Origin: an uncultured Bdellovibrio sp.
GTDB taxonomy: Bacteria > Bdellovibrionota > Bdellovibrionia > Bdellovibrionales > Bdellovibrionaceae
Direction of reading: 5' to 3'
Length of the DNA: 11,072 bases
Assembly (NCBI GenBank): GCA_963932905.1
Contig: CAWVRN010000053.1
Span: 1 to 11,072 of the forward strand
Notes under the pieces: model-generated
What the model saw: the letters and a program-made list of their open reading frames with translations, nothing else
Databases searched by the model: none
Told to the model about the DNA's origin: nothing
In this document: positions 7,222 to 11,072 of the stretch, in pieces
Layout of the letters: each line of letters opens with the position of its first letter
Position numbering within the stretch: the stretch's first letter is position 1
Program-made: the position numbers and the translations under genes

Positions 7222-8910
7222 ATGTATAGATCCTGCGAAAAATATTTAGATAATGATGAGTTGTTGATTTTTCTGAATGAGACGAAAGAAAAATATGGGC
7301 GCTATTTTGATTTTGAATCGATTGGGAAAAGTTCTTTGGGTGAGGATATTTATCTGGTTACTTTGACAGATAAGGACTATAAACATCACTCAGAAAAACC
7401 AGCGTTTTGGATTGATGCTAATATTCATGCGAGTGAAGTCACGGGCACTCAAGGGGTTTTGTTTTTTATCGAACGCCTACTTGATGAGAAACACAAAGAC
7501 ACCTCCAAGCACAAAGAATTGATGAAGAAAATGACGTATTACTTGGTTCCTCGTTTTTCTCCGGATGGGGCGCGTGCTTTTTTCAAAGAATCTAATTCGT
7601 TTCGCTCAACGCCACTCGAAACAGCGTATGAGTATTCTAATTTTAAACGACACGATTTAGATGGTGATGGCGAAATTACTTTGATGCGCTGGAAAGATAA
7701 AGCTGGTCCTTTTAAAGAACTCGCTGGGTATCCTGGAATTTTAGTCCCGCGTGAAGCCAGTGATTTTGGTTTAGATTCAGAAACATATTATCAAGTCGTT
7801 CCTGAAGGAACTTGGACTGATTTTGATGGTTTTAAGAAAACCAAGAGTTACGATTTTGGTTATGATTTTAATCGTCAGTCACCGTCGTTCTTTGCTCCCG
7901 AGGGAATTCAAAAAGGGGCGGGAACTCTGCCGCTTGAATTCCCAGAAACGCGAGCGATAGCGGAAGCGATTCGGGCACGTAAAAATATTTTCGCGTCTAA
8001 TTCCTATCATACCTATGGTGGTTTTATAATTAGAACTCCGGCAAATGTTCCGGAATCATCAATTCCGCTAGAAGATCGCATGCGTTCGGAAATGATTGCT
8101 GAATTGCTGCAAAAAAGTACCGAATACACTGTGCATTCGGGTAGTGACGATTTTGTTTATGTGCCTGGGCAGCCTCTGCCTGGAACGTTTGATGAATGGT
8201 ATTATTTGCATCTGGGTATCATGGGAATGACGATCGAATACTGGGATGTATGGAAGCACGCGGGTATGTCTTGGAAGAAAGCCGTCGAAAAGTATGAAAC
8301 GCTGTCATCAGAAAACATGGTTAAGTTATTAAAGTGGGCGAAGGAAAACCTAAAACGCGACCAGTATTTTAAAGATTGGACTAGTTTTGAACACCCACAA
8401 TTAGGAAGAATCGAAATCGGTGGTTTTAAAACAGCCTTTTTCTTAACCAATCCGCCACTGCCATTTTTAGCAAAAGAAATCGAAAATGTTTTTGAAGGTA
8501 GTTTCGCTGTTTCAAGAATGGCACCTCTTGCGGAAATCGATTCAGTTGTGACTAAAAAAATAGAAGGTAATGTTTCGCAGGTGACGGTCGTTGTGAAAAA
8601 CGTCGGTTATTTTCCAACCTATGGTTCTGAACAGGCGTTAAAGGTAAAAATCATCGACAAACCAGTTTGCAAAACTTCATTGAATGGAAAGTCGGGAGAT
8701 TTTAAAATCATCTCAAAACCAGATGTCGATTCCATCAAACACTTAAAAGGGTTTTCAGATGGTAATCCACGATTATCCCCATTCTTCGGTACGGGATTTA
8801 CGCACGAGTATGAACAACAGTTAACCTGGATTCTTCAAGGTAGCGGAGAATTTACATTTGAAATTAATTACCACAAAGGTGGCGTCGTTAGAAAAACTTT
8901 AACTGTTTAG
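7222..8910 (+). CDS. M14-family zinc carboxypeptidase-like protein, probably cytoplasmic (562 aa; 570 aa if started at 7198)
   Basis: SIGKS..G.DIY, Zn ligands HASE (HxxE) and SYHTYGG, DFNRQ, and candidate catalytic Glu in MTIEYW. DLDGDGEI Ca-binding-like insert. No signal peptide. GGGGG SD-like motif 7 nt before the ATG at 7222. Confidence 0.88.
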   Translation: MYRSCEKYLDNDELLIFLNETKEKYGRYFDFESIGKSSLGEDIYLVTLTDKDYKHHSEKPAFWIDANIHASEVTGTQGVLFFIERLLDEKHKDTSKHKELMKKMTYYLVPRFSPDGARAFFKESNSFRSTPLETAYEYSNFKRHDLDGDGEITLMRWKDKAGPFKELAGYPGILVPREASDFGLDSETYYQVVPEGTWTDFDGFKKTKSYDFGYDFNRQSPSFFAPEGIQKGAGTLPLEFPETRAIAEAIRARKNIFASNSYHTYGGFIIRTPANVPESSIPLEDRMRSEMIAELLQKSTEYTVHSGSDDFVYVPGQPLPGTFDEWYYLHLGIMGMTIEYWDVWKHAGMSWKKAVEKYETLSSENMVKLLKWAKENLKRDQYFKDWTSFEHPQLGRIEIGGFKTAFFLTNPPLPFLAKEIENVFEGSFAVSRMAPLAEIDSVVTKKIEGNVSQVTVVVKNVGYFPTYGSEQALKVKIIDKPVCKTSLNGKSGDFKIISKPDVDSIKHLKGFSDGNPRLSPFFGTGFTHEYEQQLTWILQGSGEFTFEINYHKGGVVRKTLTV

Positions 8911-8913
8911 AAT

Positions 8914-9135
8914 CTACGGGTCCTGAATGTGACGGTATTTCCAAATCAGCCGCCCCATAGTGAAGCATAAAAATAAAATGGTGGCGACCAATCCATACCC
9001 GTAGCCTTCGCCCGGGTAATTGGAATATTGCAGGCCAAAGTACACCATGAATACTTTATTGATGATGGTAGGAACCGCAAAGACAACAATAAAGTCTTTT
9101 AAAACGTTTGGTTTTGCTGGTTCCTTTTTATCCAC
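8914..9135 (-). CDS. Small two-TM hypothetical membrane protein (73 aa)
   Basis: GTG start with a GAGG SD. Two hydrophobic segments flank YSNYPGEGYGYG. Lies 24 nt downstream of the cyclophilin gene in the same orientation. Confidence 0.75.
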   Translation of the reverse strand: MDKKEPAKPNVLKDFIVVFAVPTIINKVFMVYFGLQYSNYPGEGYGYGLVATILFLCFTMGRLIWKYRHIQDP

Positions 9136-9159
9136 GTTAGTTGCCTCGATTGTTTTGAA

Positions 9160-9804
9160 CTATTTTTTTAATCGAATGCTTTCGATTTTCACAGTTTCTA
9201 CAGGAACATCGTCCATAGGCATTCCACCCGGAGTGTTTTTTACACCCGTTTTTACACCTTTAATTTTATCGACAACATCTTCGCCTTTAGTGACTTTTCC
9301 AAAAACCGCGTAACCCCAGCCGCCCGGAGTTTTTTCACGATAATTGAGTGCCCCGTTATCTTTTACGTTGATGTAAAATTGCGCGCTCGCGGAATGGGGA
9401 TCGCTGGTGCGAGCCATTGCGATCGTGTATTTGTCATTTTTCAATCCATTGTCAGCTTCATTTTTAATCGGATCTTTAGTGTCTTTTTCCGACAGATCGT
9501 CTTTGAAACCGCCACCTTGAATCATGAAATTGTCGATTACGCGGTGGAAGATAGTGCCGTCGTAAAATTTATCTTTAACATAGGCCAAAAAATTCTCGAC
9601 AGTTTTTGGTGCTTTTTCTTTGTCCAATTCAACAACGATTAAACCTTTAGATGTCTTGATTTCGATCACTGGGTTTTTGCCGTTTTTGGTTTTGGCTGGC
9701 TTTTCAGTTTTAGCTGTTTCTTTTGGCGCTGCATCTGTTGCCGGCGCATCTGCCGCAGCAAAAGCAAACGACGTAAAAAATAATAGAATCCCGATTTTTA
9801 GCAT
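9160..9804 (-). CDS. ppiA: Exported cyclophilin-type peptidyl-prolyl cis-trans isomerase (PpiA-like), 214 aa
   Basis: Cyclophilin motifs [45 protein letters not shown] and YAVFGKV. Signal peptide [16 protein letters not shown], then an A/K/T/P-rich linker. SD TAAGGAG 7 nt upstream. Confidence 0.95.
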   Translation of the reverse strand: MLKIGILLFFTSFAFAAADAPATDAAPKETAKTEKPAKTKNGKNPVIEIKTSKGLIVVELDKEKAPKTVENFLAYVKDKFYDGTIFHRVIDNFMIQGGGFKDDLSEKDTKDPIKNEADNGLKNDKYTIAMARTSDPHSASAQFYINVKDNGALNYREKTPGGWGYAVFGKVTKGEDVVDKIKGVKTGVKNTPGGMPMDDVPVETVKIESIRLKK

Positions 9805-9824
9805 GAGTACACTCCTTAGCTGAA

Positions 9825-9853
9825 AAGTTAAGTGTAGGGATTAAATCTGTCAA
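9825..9853 (-). promoter_or_regulatory. Sigma70-type promoter candidate for the cyclophilin gene
   Basis: Minus strand TTGACA (9853-9848), 17 nt spacer, TAACTT (9830-9825), which keeps the key T, A and final T. Predicted start near 9818, at the SD. Confidence 0.45.
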
Positions 9854-9883
9854 TACCTCAGTCTAGATAAGTATCTGGTCGTG

Positions 9884-9911
9884 TACAGTTTGATCAGAAA
9901 TTCGCCGAGTT
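9884..9911 (+). promoter_or_regulatory. Sigma28 (FliA)-like promoter candidate for cpaF
   Basis: TACAGTTT (9884-9891; 7/8 to TAAAGTTT), 12 nt spacer, GCCGAGTT (9904-9911; 5/8 to GCCGATAA). Spacer is 1 nt longer than the enterobacterial consensus. ATG follows 8 nt later. Confidence 0.4.
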
Positions 9912-9919
9912 GTTTTTGT

Positions 9920-11014
9920 ATGGCAAATTTACCCCAAAAAGGAACAGCTCCGATCGACTGGAAAAATGAAGCTGGGCCTATTCGCAAATTTTTAAATGAT
10001 ATCTCTGTGACAGAGATCATGATTAATCGATACGACCGCGTATTTGTCGAGCGTAAGGGTGTCATTGAAGAGACCGAAGGTAAGTTTGATAATCCAGAAC
10101 ATTTTATGCGTTTTGTGTTAGCTTTGGCAGTCAGTGTGGGGCGCGAATTAAATCGTCGTAATCCATTTCTAGATGCGAAATTGGCCGATGGTTCACGTAT
10201 CAATATCGTGGTGCCGCCAATCAGTATTGAGGCTCCTGCTGTTACAATCCGGAAATTTTCTCCTGTCATGATTCACTATAATAATTTGATTCATCACGGG
10301 GCATTTGATGAAAAAATGCTCTACTTCCTAAATCAATCCGTATTGGCACGTTTAAACATTGTGGTCAGCGGTGGAACGGGATCGGGTAAAACAACGCTGC
10401 TTAATTTACTATCGCAATTTATCCCAGGGCGCGAACGTATTGTGACGATTGAAGACACTTGTGAATTACAATTGTCCGTTAAAAACCAAGTAAAAATGGA
10501 ATGTCGCTCCTCAGTTGGTGAGGTGCAATTCGATATTAAAGATCTACTTAAGAACTCGCTTCGTATGCGTCCTGATAGAATTATTATTGGTGAGGTGCGT
10601 GGCGGCGAGGCCCTGGATATGCTAGTGGCAATGAATACAGGTCATGATGGCAGTATGAGTACGTTGCATGCCAACTCCGCACACGATGCTTTACGCCGGA
10701 TCGAAGCTATGGTTTTACGAGGGGCTAATGATGTTCCCGTATCTTCAGTGCGCCAGGATATCGCATCGACGATTAACCTTATCGTTCAGGCCGCACGGGC
10801 ACACGATGGAACACGACGAATTGTAGAGATCGTTGAAGTTTTAGAAAATGTGGGTGAATCGTATCGAACAGAGCGGATCTTTGAATACGTTCCAGATCAA
10901 GGGTTTCGATCCACGGGGTATGTTCCGCGATTTGTTACTAACGGAAAACATCCTAAATTAAAACTCACACCTGAGTTTTTTAATCCAGATCACAAAATAA
11001 AACTGACGGCTTAA
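9920..11014 (+). CDS. cpaF: CpaF/TadA-family pilus assembly ATPase (VirB11-like), 364 aa from ATG 9920
   Basis: Walker A GGTGSGKTT, Asp box TIEDTCEL, Walker B RMRPDRIIIGEVRG, His box NTGHDGSMSTLHAN. N-domain motifs VTEIMIN and DAKLADGSRIN. The in-frame ATG at 9920 is preferred over GTG 9881, but the start is uncertain because there is no SD. Confidence 0.92.
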   Translation: MANLPQKGTAPIDWKNEAGPIRKFLNDISVTEIMINRYDRVFVERKGVIEETEGKFDNPEHFMRFVLALAVSVGRELNRRNPFLDAKLADGSRINIVVPPISIEAPAVTIRKFSPVMIHYNNLIHHGAFDEKMLYFLNQSVLARLNIVVSGGTGSGKTTLLNLLSQFIPGRERIVTIEDTCELQLSVKNQVKMECRSSVGEVQFDIKDLLKNSLRMRPDRIIIGEVRGGEALDMLVAMNTGHDGSMSTLHANSAHDALRRIEAMVLRGANDVPVSSVRQDIASTINLIVQAARAHDGTRRIVEIVEVLENVGESYRTERIFEYVPDQGFRSTGYVPRFVTNGKHPKLKLTPEFFNPDHKIKLTA

Positions 11015-11018
11015 ATAT

Positions 11019-11052
11019 CAAGAACTGGCTCCTTAGCTTGCGGCTAAGAAGC
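11019..11052 (+). repeat. Stem-loop element, copy B (related to 86..119), directly after the cpaF stop
   Basis: CAAGAACTGGCTCCTTAGCTTGCGGCTAAGAAGC, with stem GCTCCTTAGC/GCTAAGAAGC (one C-A mismatch) and loop TTGCG. No U tract follows. Confidence 0.55.
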
Positions 11053-11072
11053 TAAATTCTATTGGAAAGACA

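Noticed and set aside
8068..8450. Minus-strand ORFs 8068..8259 and 8202..8450
   Set aside because: Antisense shadows inside the M14 peptidase gene.
9020..10269. ORFs 9020..9313 (+), 9379..9642 (+), 9620..9823 (+) and 9850..10269 (-)
   Set aside because: Antisense to the cyclophilin, small membrane protein or cpaF genes, with no independent support.
11026..11041. TGGC...TTGC in stem-loop copy B (TGGC...CTGC in copy A) read as a sigma54 promoter
   Set aside because: GG-to-GC spacing is 11 nt in both copies, whereas sigma54 requires 10.
86..11052. The two inverted stem-loop copies as terminal inverted repeats of an 11-kb mobile element
   Set aside because: The copies are only 25/34 identical, there is no transposase or integrase and no evident target-site duplication, and the enclosed genes are housekeeping.

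Overview
Mostly housekeeping and metabolic window. The gene set (hybrid malic enzyme, stand-alone TadA/CpaF, several small exported or membrane orphans) suggests a Bdellovibrionota-like or other deltaproteobacterial-type genome; this assignment is inference. Left to right: a possible partial CxxC gene running off the left edge, a 71-aa single-TM protein, maeB on the minus strand, a small exported protein, a fadI-fadJ-like beta-oxidation operon with an intrinsic terminator, a cytoplasmic M14 zinc carboxypeptidase, a 73-aa membrane protein and an exported cyclophilin on the minus strand, and a short CpaF/TadA ATPase. No CRISPR array, mobile element, rRNA or tRNA was seen, and no clearly novel multi-gene system. 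The best leads are non-coding: (1) a 22-bp hairpin plus U7 tract that buries the fad operon Shine-Dalgarno (SD) and overlaps a candidate promoter; (2) two diverged copies of a 34-nt stem-loop with compensatory base changes near the two window ends; (3) a perfect 18-bp palindrome upstream of the maeB promoter; (4) sigma28-like boxes 8 nt before SD-less ATGs, suggesting leaderless transcripts.
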